A DNA stretch of 64,000 bases, taken from positions 21,324 to 85,323 of the forward strand of contig NIVC01001775.1 in NCBI GenBank assembly GCA_002269645.1, read 5' to 3'. The notes beneath the pieces are model-generated. The model made no database searches, had not been told where the DNA came from, and was given only the letters and a program-made list of their open reading frames with translations. The stretch is from Macrostomum lignano (Eukaryota). Positions 35,456 through 47,200 of the stretch are shown in pieces. How positions within the stretch are numbered: position 1 is the stretch's first letter; each line of letters starts with the position of its first letter. The translations under genes were made by a program, and so were the position numbers.

Positions 35456-37820
35456 CAAGCATTAGTAATTCTGCTTCTCGCCCATCAATACCAGGCCGCA
35501 TTCCCGAGCTGGTCGAGCCTTCGCCATCGATCTCTGACGCCAGCGCCTCCACTGGTCACTCTCTGCTCGATCAGGTGGCCTTCGAACCGGACGCTGAGCG
35601 GCCGCAGAAGGAAGCCAGCGCCAACTTCGTTGACGACGAAAAACCCGGAAAAAGTGGCGCAACCGCTGGCAAAGGCGGGGTGGACCTGGAGCGCACGGAT
35701 ATGCAGCTGGCCATCTACCAGAGCTTGAAGGACTTCGCCTTGTCGGCTGCCACTGCGGCAGCGGCCACTGACGACGAAGTGGAAGCGGCTGAGCAGCTGC
35801 TATTGAGCAGCCTGACTCTTGAGGAGGCTGAGGAACTGGCCGAGGTGCGTTCTGGTGACAGCACATTGGCTAGATTAGCAATCCAGTTCATTGGCTAGAT
35901 TAGCAATCCAGTTCATTGGCTAGATTAGCAATCCAGTTCATTGGCTAGATTAGCAATCCAGTTCATTGGCTAGATTAGCAATCCAGTTCATTGGCTAGAT
36001 TAGCAATCCATTTTATTGGCTAGATTAGCAATCCAGTTTATTGGCTAGATTAGCAATCCAGTTCATTGGCTAGATTAGCAATCCATTTTATTGGCTAGAT
36101 TAGCAATCCAGTTCATTGGCTAGATTAGCAATCCAGTTTATTGGCTAGATTAGCAATCCAGTTTATTGGCTAGATTAGCAATCCAGTTTATTGGCTAGAT
36201 TAGCAATCCAGTTTATTGGCTAGATTAGCAATCCGAAATGTTGAATTTTCATCTTCATCAGGTCGAGCGCAGCTTCCATCGCGTCCTGAACGATCCCGAG
36301 CCCTCGCCCTCGGACGCAAAAGACGGTGACACCGAGGCGGAGGCGGACGACGCGCAGTGCAGCCGCACCCTAAAGCAGGCCCTGACCTCCGGCAAATTCG
36401 ACAGCCCGAAATCGTTGCTGCGCACCTGCTCGCTGCCAGATCTGGTCGATGGTGCCGACGCTGGTGCATCCGGTGAGATCAGTGCAGACTCGACCGCGAC
36501 AGTTGTTAGCGTGGAGGCCGCTTCGTTGCCTTCAAGACCCAGGCAGCGTCCGGCTTCCAGCAGCGCGGCAGCCGTGGCAGCGGCAGCGGTAGCGACTCCC
36601 GATGACGACGATGTTGTTGTTCTTGACGGCGTCAACGAGGACGCTGCTGACGCCGATGCCGTCGTTGAGGATGATGACGAGGAGCTGGACCAGGTGAAGC
36701 AGTCTATGGCCAGCGTGCTGGCCCTGTCAGCCGAGGCCGGCCCGGCTGACGAGGCGTTCGCCAGCTCCGATGTGGTCGGAGAAGTCGCTGCTACCGGCCA
36801 GGCTGAGCCAGCCGACGATGCCGACGACGACGACGACGCCGACGACGACGACGTCGACTGGGACGATGACGAAGGCCTGCCGATGGACGATCGGGCGGAG
36901 GATGAAGACGTCGACCAGAAGGCGGAGCGGCTGCGCGCCGAGCTGGAGCAGGTGGGGTTGGGGCGGCCGTCTGTCAATCGGTCAGATATCGCTAATTAAT
37001 CCGTTTCTGCGGGTAATCTGATTCGATCAGTCGCTTATTTCTTCAATCGATCGGTTTTGTCAATTAATCAGACTTTATCTATCATTATTTATCATTTAGT
37101 CATATCAATCAGTCAGTCTTATCAATTCATCAATCAGTCGTATCAATCAGCCAGTCTTATCAATCAACCAGTCTTATCAATCAACCAGTCTTATCAATCA
37201 ATCAGTCTTATCAATCAATCAGTCTTATCAATCAATCAGTCTTATCAATCAGTCAGTCTTATCAATCAATTAGTCTTATCAATCAGTCAGTCTTATCAAT
37301 CAATCAGTCTTATCAATCAACCAGTCTTATCAATCAATCAGTCTTATCAATCAATCAGTCTTATCAATCAACCAGTCTTATCAATCAGTCAGTCTTATCA
37401 ATCAACCAGTCTTATCAATCAATCAGTCGTATCAATCAATCAGTCGTATCAATCAATCAGTCGTATCAATCAATCAGTCGTATCAATCAATCAGTCGTAT
37501 CAATCAATCAGTCGTATCAATCAATCAGTATTATCAAACAGTCAATCAATCATTTTTTATCCGCTTTATAAAAAAATATTGCTACCCAAAAATATTATAA
37601 TCTTCAATAATTTTCCTAATTAGAACATCCTCCCGTTACCATCTAGGAGGTGGGTCTGGACCTTCTGCTAGAAGCTTACGAATTGGCATTCGAGCTGGAG
37701 CAGGACCCGAGCGTCTCCGAGGTGGAAACGGAGCGCCGAGTGAAATCCGTGCTCAGCGATCAGCACTCTCAGCTCTACGACAAAATTATGACCCTACTAT
37801 TCTACGATAATCCAAATTAA
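22952..37820 (+). CDS. NEK1: NIMA-related kinase 1-like, 8 exons: 22952-23334, 27546-27896, 28219-28294, 29028-29739, 31856-32890, 35495-35844, 36262-36951, 37647-37820 (1256 aa)
   Basis: Kinase motifs GEGAYG, VIKE, HRDIKPQN, DFG, GTPYYVSPE, DIWSLGC. NEK1-like coiled coil EETYLRRLEEVRRRNQRER and acidic C-terminus ending LYDKIMTLL. All GT-AG junctions are phase-consistent (total 3771 nt). Paralogue assignment (NEK1 vs NEK3/5) is by similarity from memory. Confidence 0.85.
23410..27352. repeat. C-rich 23-27-bp minisatellite (CTCTCCCCAGTCTTCCCGCTCCCTA) filling NEK1 intron 1
   Basis: About 3.9 kb of variant units lying between a donor at 23335 and an acceptor at 27545. Confidence 0.95.
27546..27896 (+). 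CDS. NEK1: NEK1-like exon 2 (kinase C-lobe)
   Basis: CCCAG|AGACATC completes HRDIKPQN. Contains DFG and activation loop. Ends CCAAG|GTTTGT. Confidence 0.92.
27933..28192. repeat. 20-bp minisatellite (AGTCAGTGGAGTGACAGAAG), NEK1 intron 2
   Basis: About 13 tandem units read directly. Confidence 0.9.
28219..28294 (+). CDS. NEK1: NEK1-like exon 3 (end of kinase domain)
   Basis: TTTGCAG|A GAC CGG CCC gives NPRDRPTVQALL. Donor GAG|GTGGGT. Confidence 0.85.
28477..28900. repeat. 23-bp minisatellite (CAGTGGAGTGACAAGAGGGTCTT), NEK1 intron 3
   Basis: About 18 tandem units read directly. Confidence 0.9.
29028..29739 (+). CDS. NEK1: NEK1-like exon 4 (low-complexity/coiled-coil)
   Basis: CTTTCAG|GAG acceptor and TCAC|GTGAGT donor. 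The phase-1 end matches exon 5. Confidence 0.75.
29775..30470. repeat. 24-25-bp minisatellite (ATTGTAGTTTGGGATCTGATCCCCT), NEK1 intron 4
   Basis: Tandem units, most containing the inverted repeat GGGATC-T-GATCCC. Confidence 0.9.
30670..30984 (-). CDS. Hypothetical 104-aa helical/coiled-coil protein, antisense inside NEK1 intron 4
   Basis: ATG-to-stop ORF occupying a GC-rich island in AT-rich flanks, with a non-repetitive, charged helical composition. No recognised homology. Confidence 0.35.
   Translation of the reverse strand: MPFESNLNSKNRELDRQLQLEFDRLARQAFEARRRIDMEMAGLVLDCIRMRWSLTPTVNQRLAAENVEPILRQRLAQIRAALEARARRLQLRRNAVHGYGQISI
31387..31778. repeat. 25-bp minisatellite (GATAAGCAGGTAATCAGGGAGATAT), NEK1 intron 4
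   Basis: About 15 near-identical units. Confidence 0.92.
31856..32890 (+). CDS. NEK1: NEK1-like exon 5 (coiled-coil)
   Basis: Pyrimidine tract then ATCCAG|CT. Open frame through ORF 32041..32925. Donor CTCA|GTGAGC. Confidence 0.78.
32900..35380. repeat. 20-bp minisatellite (GTAGATAGCTAATTATGCGA), NEK1 intron 5, followed by (GCAG)n at ~35412-35458
   Basis: The period of 20 is visible as column alignment across ~2.5 kb. Confidence 0.95.
35495..35844 (+). CDS. NEK1: NEK1-like exon 6
   Basis: ACCAG|GC acceptor in phase 1. Donor GAG|GTGCGT. Confidence 0.75.
35866..36234. repeat. 25-bp minisatellite (TTGGCTAGATTAGCAATCCAGTTCA), NEK1 intron 6
   Basis: About 14-15 tandem units. Confidence 0.92.
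36262..36951 (+). CDS. NEK1: NEK1-like exon 7 (acidic region)
   Basis: CATCAG|GTC acceptor and CAG|GTGGGG donor. Asp/Glu-rich. Confidence 0.78.
37095..37550. repeat. 13-bp/ATCA-based repeat (ATCAATCAGTCTT), NEK1 intron 7
   Basis: Tandem variant units read directly. Confidence 0.88.
37647..37820 (+). CDS. NEK1: NEK1-like exon 8 (C-terminus)
   Basis: ATCTAG|GAG acceptor. EVGLDLLLEAYELAF...QHSQLYDKIMTLL, then stop TAA at 37818-37820. Confidence 0.8.
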   Translation, partial: EVGLDLLLEAYELAFELEQDPSVSEVETERRVKSVLSDQHSQLYDKIMTLLFYDNPN

Positions 37821-38199
37821 CCGACTCTTTCTACTAATCCTAGTGAGTAGCTTAAACGTATTTTTAACACACAAAAAACTCTTGCAACAGTAACAAACCA
37901 GGCAATTATTCTGACCATTTTCAAACATGCGCTTTTTCTACTATAAGTAGTGCTAGGATTGTTCTCCTTTAAAGCGCAATTTATTTGTTAATTGAAGCAT
38001 CCAAACAGTCAAGTTATGCGCGTGTATAAATTAATTTATTTTGTGTAGTTTCGTTATCGAATGCTGACCAAAATTTGCTGCTGTCTTTTGCTTTTCAAAC
38101 TTGCGTATTCAGTTTGATCTAGCATGTTTTATTGCTTTACGTAAAAAGTAGTTGCTACGAGTGGAATTCATATCATAATGGTGAATATATATTTACCCC

Positions 38200-38565
38200 G
38201 TTTTTCAACCCCCCATTCCTCTCTTACCCCATTCCTCACCCCACCCCATTCCTCTCTTACCCCGTTCCTCACCCCACCCCATTCCTCTCTTACCCGTTCC
38301 TCACCCCACCCCATTCCTCTCTTACCCCGTTCCTCACCCCACCCCATTCCTCTCTTACCCCGTTCCTCACTCCACCCCATTCCTCTCTTACCCCGTTCCT
38401 CACCCCACCCCATTCCTCTCTTACCCCGTTCCTCACCCCACCCCATTCCTCTCTTACCCCGTTCCTCACCCCACCTCATTCCTCTCTTACCCGTTCCTCA
38501 CCCCACCCCATTCCTCTCTTACCCCGTTCCTCACCCCACCCCATTTATCTCTTACCCCGTTCCTC
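38200..38565. repeat. 33-bp C-rich minisatellite (CCCCACCCCATTCCTCTCTTACCCCGTTCCTCA) downstream of NEK1
   Basis: About 11 tandem units. Confidence 0.9.
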
Positions 38566-39716
38566 ACCTATCCTCACTTTCCTTTCCTACTCTGTTTGAA
38601 CCACTGAAGCATTTTAATAAATTTAAAAAGCAAAGATTGGAACAAAATACCATTGGCAGTCACTTCTTAGGATTATTGTACTTTACCTGAACTTTTTGTG
38701 GGTATGCATACTGTAATAGTTATCGAGTAACCTCTGATTTTTTAGAGTCTTTCTCGGACTTTGAATTTGTCTGGTTGCTGCCAACTACAAAAAATGTATT
38801 TCACTCGCTTCAAAGCGAATCCGCATCCGTCCACTTCACCCATTAGCTGACTAAGTACTCGCTGGATGTTCATTCTCCTCTCCTATGCCGCATTTTTCTC
38901 TTGCAATTGTTCTTCTTTTTTTGTCGCTTTCCAATGTGTAATTGCGATGATTTGTTTTTAAGCCTACTTGTAAGTAGAATGATAGCGTATCTACCTTGTT
39001 ATTCTTTTTTACTGTAAAATATTCAAACAATTATATTAAACCTGTTAAAAAGGAGAGGCAAATAATCAAATAATTTGTTCTTATTGATCAATTTTTAACA
39101 TTCCTTTTTTGCCTTTCGATTGTCTATTTGCTTCTGATCCATTTATCACATTTCCCAGGAAATTGTTGCGGTTTTTTTCTGAAAAAACATTCCAATAATA
39201 TGAAGGATTAAATTGTGCCCAACTTTTGGGTTTTAATACTAAGAATTATTCGTCAAAACAAATGCTTGCGAATAACAGCTTTGAGCCATTCCAAACGAAG
39301 CATTCTTATTGTCTTTTTTATCCTTGTACAGTTATGTACTTGATTATATAAAAATACTTACCGTACTTTAACTCGATACGAAATCCCGATGCACTGCATG
39401 TCAGGATAAATATTCTTTACCGCTAAATAGATTTTTTAAATTAATAAGACTTTTCTGCTTCTATTTCTGAGTGCAAAAAAACAAATCCGTTGGGCGTTGT
39501 TTATTGGCTTTACGCCATTGGGTTTTGGCGAGATGTCTTAGACTCTAAAGTATTTTTCGATACATATCGGGTCCTGTAATTATTAGGTAAGTCTTAGTCA
39601 TTACGAGGCATATGCAAGTAAAGTTTTATGTAAAATGTAAAGAAATAGAATTATAATTTATCGTACAGTTTTAATTTACCTAATTTTTTCACCTTTTCGA
39701 AAGCACAAAAAATATA

Positions 39717-39788
39717 TTCCCTGACCGGGAGTCGAACCCGGGCCGCCTGGGTGAGAGCCAGGAATCCTAACCGCTAGACCATCAGGGA
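39717..39788 (-). tRNA. tRNA-Glu (anticodon CTC)
   Basis: Minus strand reads TCCCTGATGGTCTAGCGGTTAGGATTCCTGGCTCTCACCCAGGCGGCCCGGGTTCGACTCCCGGTCAGGGAA: paired acceptor stem, A and B boxes, CTC anticodon. A T6 Pol III terminator follows. Confidence 0.95.
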
Positions 39789-39999
39789 CTTACACTGGAG
39801 AGCTTAGAAACTTTAATTTATTTAAAGAAATTGAATCAACATTGGGTCAATACTGTCAACAGTTAGAAAAGAAATATTGTTTGGTCCAGTTCTTTCTGCT
39901 CGATTCGATTAGTGTCCGTATGTTAAAAATACATAAGCATTAATTTATGAAATACATGTTTACGCTACTATAAGTAGATAAACCGTATTTTTTCTGCAG

Positions 40000-42900
40000 T
40001 TTCACCAGTTTCGTCAATTTACGAGTTCGTCGCAACGCGTTGGCTTCCAACCGTTGCACCGGCTCGCTGAGCTTCGCCCACGTCCTGAACAGCTGGAACG
40101 TCTGCGCCAGTCTGTCAGATGCAAAGCTCTTCTATTCGACGAATCGCTCAGCCCTCTGCTGGTGCCGGCATCGAGTGCCACTAAAAGCGGCGTTTTCTCG
40201 CCTCTGCTCATACCCTGGCCGGAGCTGCGGCCGGAGCTGGGACCGGACGACTGTCCTATCGTTTTCCTCGGCGGCGAGTCCGATGTTGATTATGCCAATG
40301 GTGATAGCTACTTTGCCGTGGCCGCTTCGGATCGCCTGCTAGCCTGGGCGAGGTCCGCCGCCTTTGGAGTAGTGCAGTCACCGACCAGGGTGCAGCTCAT
40401 GACGTCGACCAGGATGATTCATTTGTGGGGCCCGGCCCGGTCTCTGCTAGCCTGGCACCGGTATAACCGGTACTGCTCCGCCTGCGGCGGCCTCACCGAG
40501 ATTGCCGATGCGGGGCACAGGTATGTGGGAGGCTGCGGTCCATCCAGGGTCCTAATGGGAGGGTGCGCGGTGGATCATCCAGGGTCCTAATGGGAGAGTG
40601 CGCGGTGGATCATCCAGGGTCCTAATGGGAGGGTGCGCGGTGGACCATCCAGGGTCCTAATGGGAGAGTGCGCGGTGGATCATCCAGGGTCCTAATGGGA
40701 GAGTGCGCGGTGGATCATCCAGGGTCCTAATGGGAGGGTGCGCGGTGGACCATCCAGGGTCCTAATGGGAGGGTGCGCGGTGGACCATCCAGGGTTCTAA
40801 TGGGAGAGTGCGCGGTGGATCATCCAGGGTCCTAATGGGAGAGTGCGCGGTGGATCATCCAGGGTCCTAATGGGAGGGTGCGCGGTGGACCATCCAGGGT
40901 CCTAATGGGAGGGTGCGCGGTGGACCATCCAGGGTTCTAATGGCAGGGTGCGCGGTGGACCATCCAGGGTCCTAATGGGAGGGTGCGCGGTGGACCATCC
41001 AGGGTCCTAATGGCAGGGTGCGGCGGTACATCCAGGGTCCTAGGGAAGGAAGGAGCATTGGTCTAACGAGGATCATACGGCCCAACCCGGAATATTGCCT
41101 CTGTTGCTGAGCCACTCAAGCTCCAACAAGGCATCCATGAAACGCTTAATCCGCCCCACAATGCGCAGACTACTCTGCCGCAATGCCGACTGCATAGTGA
41201 ACGGAAAGCAAAGTAAACCGGGAGCCACAGCAGCCTGGTCTGATCATCCGATTTCGCATCCTCGACTCGATCCGAGCGCCATCGTCCTGGTGACCCGGGG
41301 CGGTCGAGGCTCCGATCAGCCCAGCTGCCTGTTGGCCAGAAAACCGGCCTTCCCGTCCGGCATGCTGTCCTGCTTGGCCGGCTTCGCTGAGGCCGGCGAA
41401 TCTCTGGAGGACTGCGTCAGGCGAGAGGTGGCCGAGGAGGTCGGCTTGGCGGTGGGCGAAGTGACGTACAGAGGCAGCCAGGCCTGGCCATTTCCCTCGC
41501 AGCTCATGATTGGATTTGAGGCGGCCACTGCCGAGGGGGATGACATTAACAAAATTCGGGTGAGGAGCCTTCGTGGCCTGATTTGCTACTGTTTTTCCCA
41601 TCCTCCGATTCAGATTCCCCATCCCCTGATTCAGATTCTCCAACTCCTGATTCAGATTCCCCATCCACCGATTCAGATTCTCCAACTCCTGATTCAGATT
41701 CCCCATCCACCGATTCAGATTCCCCATCCTCCGATTCAGATTCCCCATCCTCCGATTCAGATTCCCCATCCCCTGATTCAGATTCTCCAACTACTGATTC
41801 AGATTCTACAACTCCTGATTCAGATTCTCCAACTCCTGATTCAGATTCTCCAACTCCTGATTCAGATTCTCCAACTCCTGATTCAGATTCTCCAACTCCT
41901 GATTCAGATTCTCCAACTCCTGATTCAGATTCCCCATCCACCGATTCAGATTCCCCATCCTCCGATTCAGATTCCCCATCCTCCGATTCAGATTCCCCAT
42001 CCACCGATTCAGATTCCCCATCCTCCGATTCAGATTCCCCATCCACCGATTCAGATTCCCCATCCACCGATTCAGATTCCCCATCCTCCGATTCAGATTC
42101 CCCATCCCCTGATTCAGATTCTCCAACTACTGATTCAGATTCTCCAACTCCTGATTCAGATTCCCCATCCCCTGATTCAGATTCTCCAACTCCTGATTCA
42201 AATTCTCCAACTCCTGATTCAGATTCTCCAACTCCTGATTCAGATTCTCCAACTCCTGATTCAGATTCTCCAACTCCTGATTCAGATTCTCCAACTCCTG
42301 ATTCAGATTCTCCAACTCCTGATTCAGATTCTCCAACTCCTGATTCAGATTCTCCAACTCCTGATTCAGATTCTCCAACTCCTGATTCAGATTACCAAAT
42401 CTCCAATTCAGATTCTCCATCCCCTGATTCAGATTCCCCATCCTTCAGTTCAGATTCCCCATCCTTCAATTCAGATTCCCCATCCTTCAATTCAGATTCC
42501 CCATCCTTGAATTCAGATTCCCCATCCTTCAATTCAGATTCCCCATCCTTGAATTCAGATTCCCCATCCTTCAATTCAGATTCCCCATCCTTCAATTCAG
42601 ATTCCCCATCCTTCAGTTCAGATTCCCCATCCTTCAATTCAGATTCCCCATCCTTGAATTCAGATTCCCCATCCTTGAATTCAGATTCCCCATCCTTCAG
42701 TTCAGATTCCCCATCCTTCAATTCAGATTCCCCATCCTTGAATTCAGATTCCCCATCCTTCAATTCAGATTCCCCATCCTTCAATTCAGATTCCCCATCC
42801 TTGAATTCAGATTCCCCATCCTTCAATTCAGATTCCCCATCCTTGAATTCAGATTCCCCATCCTTCAATTCAGATTCCCCATCCTTCAGTTCAGATTCCT

Positions 42901-43972
42901 TATCCTTCAATTCAGATTCCCCATCCTTGAATTCAGATTCCCCATCCTTCAATTCAGATTCCCCATCCTTCAATTCAGATTCCCCATCCTTGAATTCAGA
43001 TTCCCCATCCTCCGATTCAGATTCCCCATCCCCTGATTCAGATTCTCCAACTCCTGATTCAGATTCTCCAACTCCTGATTCAGATTCTCCAACTCCCGAT
43101 TCAGATTACCAAATCTCCAATTCAGATTCTCCATCCCCTGATTCAGATTCCCCATCCTTCAGTTCAGATTCCCCATCCTTCAATTCAGATTCCCCATCCT
43201 TGAATTCAGATTCCCCATCCTTTAATTCAGATTCCCCATCCTTCAATTGAGATTCCCCATCCTTGAATTCAGATTCCCCATCCTTCAATTCAGATTCCCC
43301 ATCCTTGAATTCAGATTCCCCATCCTTCAATTCAGATTTCCCATCCTTCAGTTCAGATTCCCCATCCTTCAATTCAGATTCCCCATCCTTCAATTCAGAT
43401 TCCCCATCCTTGAATTCAGATTCCCCATCCTTCAATTCAGATTCCCCATCCTTCAATTCAGATTCCCCATCCTTGAATTCAGATTCCCCATCCTTGAATT
43501 CAGATTCCCCATCCTTCAATTCAGATTCCCCATCCTTCAGTTCAGATTCCCCATCCTTCAATTCAGATTCCCCATTCTTGAATTCAGATTCCCCATCCTT
43601 GAATTCAGATTCCCCATCCTTCAATTCAGATTCCCCATCCTTGAATTCAGATTCCCCATCCTTCAATTCAGATTCCCCATCCTTTAATTCAGATTCCCCA
43701 TCCTTCAATTCAGATTCCCCATCCTTGAATTCAGATTCCCCATCCTTCAATTCAGATTCCCCATCCTTCAATTCAGATTCCCCATCCTTCAATTCAGATT
43801 CCCCATCCCCCGCGAACGGTTTCAGTTGGATACAGAGGAGCTTGAGTTCGCGGACTGGTTCACCGCGGCCCAGGTGTCGGACATGCTGAAACGCAACAGT
43901 CGTTGGTTTGTACCGCCAAAGGCTGCGTTGGCACATCAGCTCATTGTCGAGTGGCTTAATTCCTGCTGCTAG
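40000..43972 (+). CDS. NUDT13: NudC-family NADH pyrophosphatase (NUDT13-like); exons 40000-40520, 41169-41559, 43826-43972; start exon unresolved
   Basis: [18 protein letters not shown] and C..C zinc site. [12 protein letters not shown]. Nudix box [30 protein letters not shown] signature. C-terminal ELEFADWF...AHQLIVEW. Junction phases are consistent. No ankyrin repeats or PTS1 seen, which favours NUDT13 over NUDT12. Confidence 0.85.
40540..41042. repeat. 35-bp minisatellite (CATCCAGGGTCCTAATGGGAGGGTGCGCGGTGGAT) in a NUDT13 intron
   Basis: About 14 tandem units between donor 40521 and acceptor 41168. Confidence 0.92.
41598..43810. repeat. 21-bp minisatellite (ATTCAGATTCCCCATCCTTCA and variants) in a NUDT13 intron
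   Basis: About 105 units between donor 41560 and acceptor 43825. Confidence 0.95.
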
Positions 43973-44214
43973 CTAAAGCTGAACTGCCTTGCAATGCAGC
44001 TATCAAAGCTTCCATTCCAGCAGATTGTTGAGAAGTTTTTTAAACTGTGCGTGATTTTGTTTATACGCTTAGCAGCTCCGCCTGTTCACAGCTAGTCTAG
44101 CCTTTTATCAATTGTTAACTCAGAGCTACATATATTACTATTATTATAATTAAATGCTTCCAACGAGGCTGCTGATTTTATAATTAATAATAAAGCGGTA
44201 CTATTGCGATAGTA

Positions 44215-47200
44215 CTTGCTCCTTATCCACCCGTCTACACCAGAATGATTGCCCCTTATCCACCCGTCTACACCAGAATGATTGCCCCTTATCCACCCCT
44301 CTACACCAGAATAATTGCCCCTTATCCACCCCTCTACACCAGAATAATTGCCCCTTATCCACCCGTCTACACCAGAATGATTGCCCCTTATCCACCCCTC
44401 TACACCAGAATAATTGCCCCTTATCCACCCCTCTACACCAGAATAATTGCCCCTTATCCACCCCTCTACACCAGAATAATTGCCCCTTATCCACCCCTCT
44501 ACACCAGAATAATTGCCACTTATCCACCCTTCTACACCAGAATAATTGCCACTTATTTACCCCTCTACACCAGAATAATTGCCCCTTATCCACCCCTCTA
44601 CACCAGAATAATTGCCCCTTATCCACCCCTCTACACCAGAATAATTGCCCCTTATTTACCCCTCTACACCAGAATAATTGCCCCTTATCCACCCCTCTAC
44701 ACCAGAATAATTGCCCCTTATCTATCCCTCTACACCAGAATGATTGCCCCATATCTATCCCTCTACACCAGAATAATTGCCCCTTATCCACCCCTCTAAA
44801 CCAGAATAATTGCCCCTTATCCACCCATCTACACCAGAATAATTGCCCCTTATCCACCCCTCTACACCAGAATAATTGCCACTTATTTACCCCTCTACAC
44901 CAGAATAATTGCCCCTTATCTATCCCTCTACACCAGAATGATTGCCCCTTATCTATCCCTCTACACCAGAATGATTGCCCCTTATCTATCCCTCTACACC
45001 AGAATAATTGCCCCTTATCCACCCCTCTAAACCAGAATAATTGCCCCTTATCCACCCCTCTAAACCAGAATAATTGCCCCTTATCTATCCCTCTACACCA
45101 GAATGATTGCCACTTATCCACCCCTCTAAACCAGAATAATTGCCCCTTATCTATCCCTCTACACCAGAATGATTGCCACTTATCCACCCCTCTACACCAG
45201 AATAATTGCCCCTTATCTATCCCTCTACACCAGAATGATTGCCACTTATCCACCCCTCTACACCAGAATGATTGCCCCTTATCTATCCCTCTACACCAGA
45301 ATGATTGCCACTTATCCACCCCTCTAAACCAGAATAATTGCCCCTTATCCACCCCTCTAAACCAGAATAATTGCCCCTTATCTATCCCTCTACACCAGAA
45401 TGATTGCCACTTATCCACCCCTCTACACCAGAATAATTGCCCCTTATCTATCCCTCTACACCAGAATGATTGCCACTTATCCACCCCTCTACACCAGAAT
45501 AATTTCCCCCTATCCACCCCTCTACACCAGAATAATTTCCCCTTATCCACCCCTCTAAACCAGAATAATTGCCACTTATCCATCCCTCTACACCAGAATG
45601 ATTGCCACTTATCCACCCCTCTAATCCAGAATAATTGCCCCTTATCCACCCCTCTAAACCAGAATAATTTCCCCTTATCCACCCCTCTACACCAGAATAA
45701 TTGCCCCTTATCCACCCCTCTACACCAGAATAATTGCCACTTATTTACCCCTCTACACCAGAATAATTGCCCCTTATCCACCCCTACACCAGAATAATTG
45801 CCCCTTATCTATCCCTCTACACCAGAATGATTGCCCCTTATCTATCCCTCTACACCAGAATGATTGCCCCTTATCTATCCCTCTACACCAGAATGATTGC
45901 CCCTTATCTATCCCTCTACACCAGAATAATTGCCCCTTATCCACCCCTCTACACCAGAATAATTTCCCCTTATCCACCCCTCTAAACCAGAATAATTGCC
46001 ACTTATCCATCCCTCTACACAAGAATGATTGCCACTTATCCACCCCTCTAAACCAGAATTATTGCCCCTTATCCACCCCTCTAAACCAGAATAATTTCCC
46101 CTTATCCACCCCTCTAAACCAGAATAATTTCCCCTTATCCACCCCTCTAAACCAGAATAATTGCCCCTTATCCACCCCTCTACACCAGAATAATTGCCCC
46201 TTATCCACCCCTCTACACCAGAATAATTGCCACTTATTTACCCCTCTACACCAGAATAATTGCCCCTTATCCACCCCACTACACCAGAATAATTGCCCCT
46301 TATCTATCCCTCTACACCAGAATAATTGCCCCTTATCTATCCCTCTACACCAGAATGATTGCCCCTTATCTATCCCTCTACACCAGAATAATTGCCACTT
46401 ATCCATCCCTCTACACCAGAATGATTGCCACTTATCCACCCCTCTAATCCAGAATAATTGCCCCTTATCCACCCCTCTAAACCAGAATAATTTCCCCTTA
46501 TCCACCCCTCTACACCAGAATAATTTCCCCTTATCCACCCCTCTACACCAGAATAATTGCCACTTATTTACCCCTCTACACCAGAATAATTGCCCCTTAT
46601 CCACCCCACTACACCAGAATAATTGCCCCTTATCTATCCCTCTACACCAGAATGATTGCCCCTTATCTATCCCTCTACACCAGAATGATTGCCCCTTATC
46701 TATCCCTCTACACCAGAATGATTGCCCCTTATCTATCCCTCTACACCAGAATAATTGCCCCTTATCCACCCCTCTACACCAGAATAATTTCCCCTTATCC
46801 ACCCCTCTAAACCAGAATAATTGCCACTTATCCATCCCTCTACACCAGAATGATTGCCACTTATCCACCCCTCTAAACCAGAATTATTGCCCCTTATCCA
46901 CCCCTCTAAACCAGAATAATTTCCCCTTATCCACCCCTCTAAACCAGAATAATTGCCCCTTATCCACCCTCTAAACCAGAATAATTTCCCCTTATCCACC
47001 CTCTAAACCAGAATAATTGCCCCTTATCCACCCCTCTAAACAGAATAATTTCCCCTTATCCACCCCTCTAAACCAGAATAATTGCCCCTTATCCACCCCT
47101 CTACACCAGAATGATTGCCACTTATCCACCCCTCTAAACCAGAATAATTGCCCCTTATCCACCCCTCTAAACCAGAATAATTTCCCCTTATCCACCCCTC

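Noticed and set aside
41583-43936. Ser-Asp repeat ORF (dentin sialophosphoprotein/Sdr-like) and antisense DGESE ORFs
   Set aside because: They are translations of the 21-bp intronic array. Splicing 41559 to 43826 completes the NudC fold.
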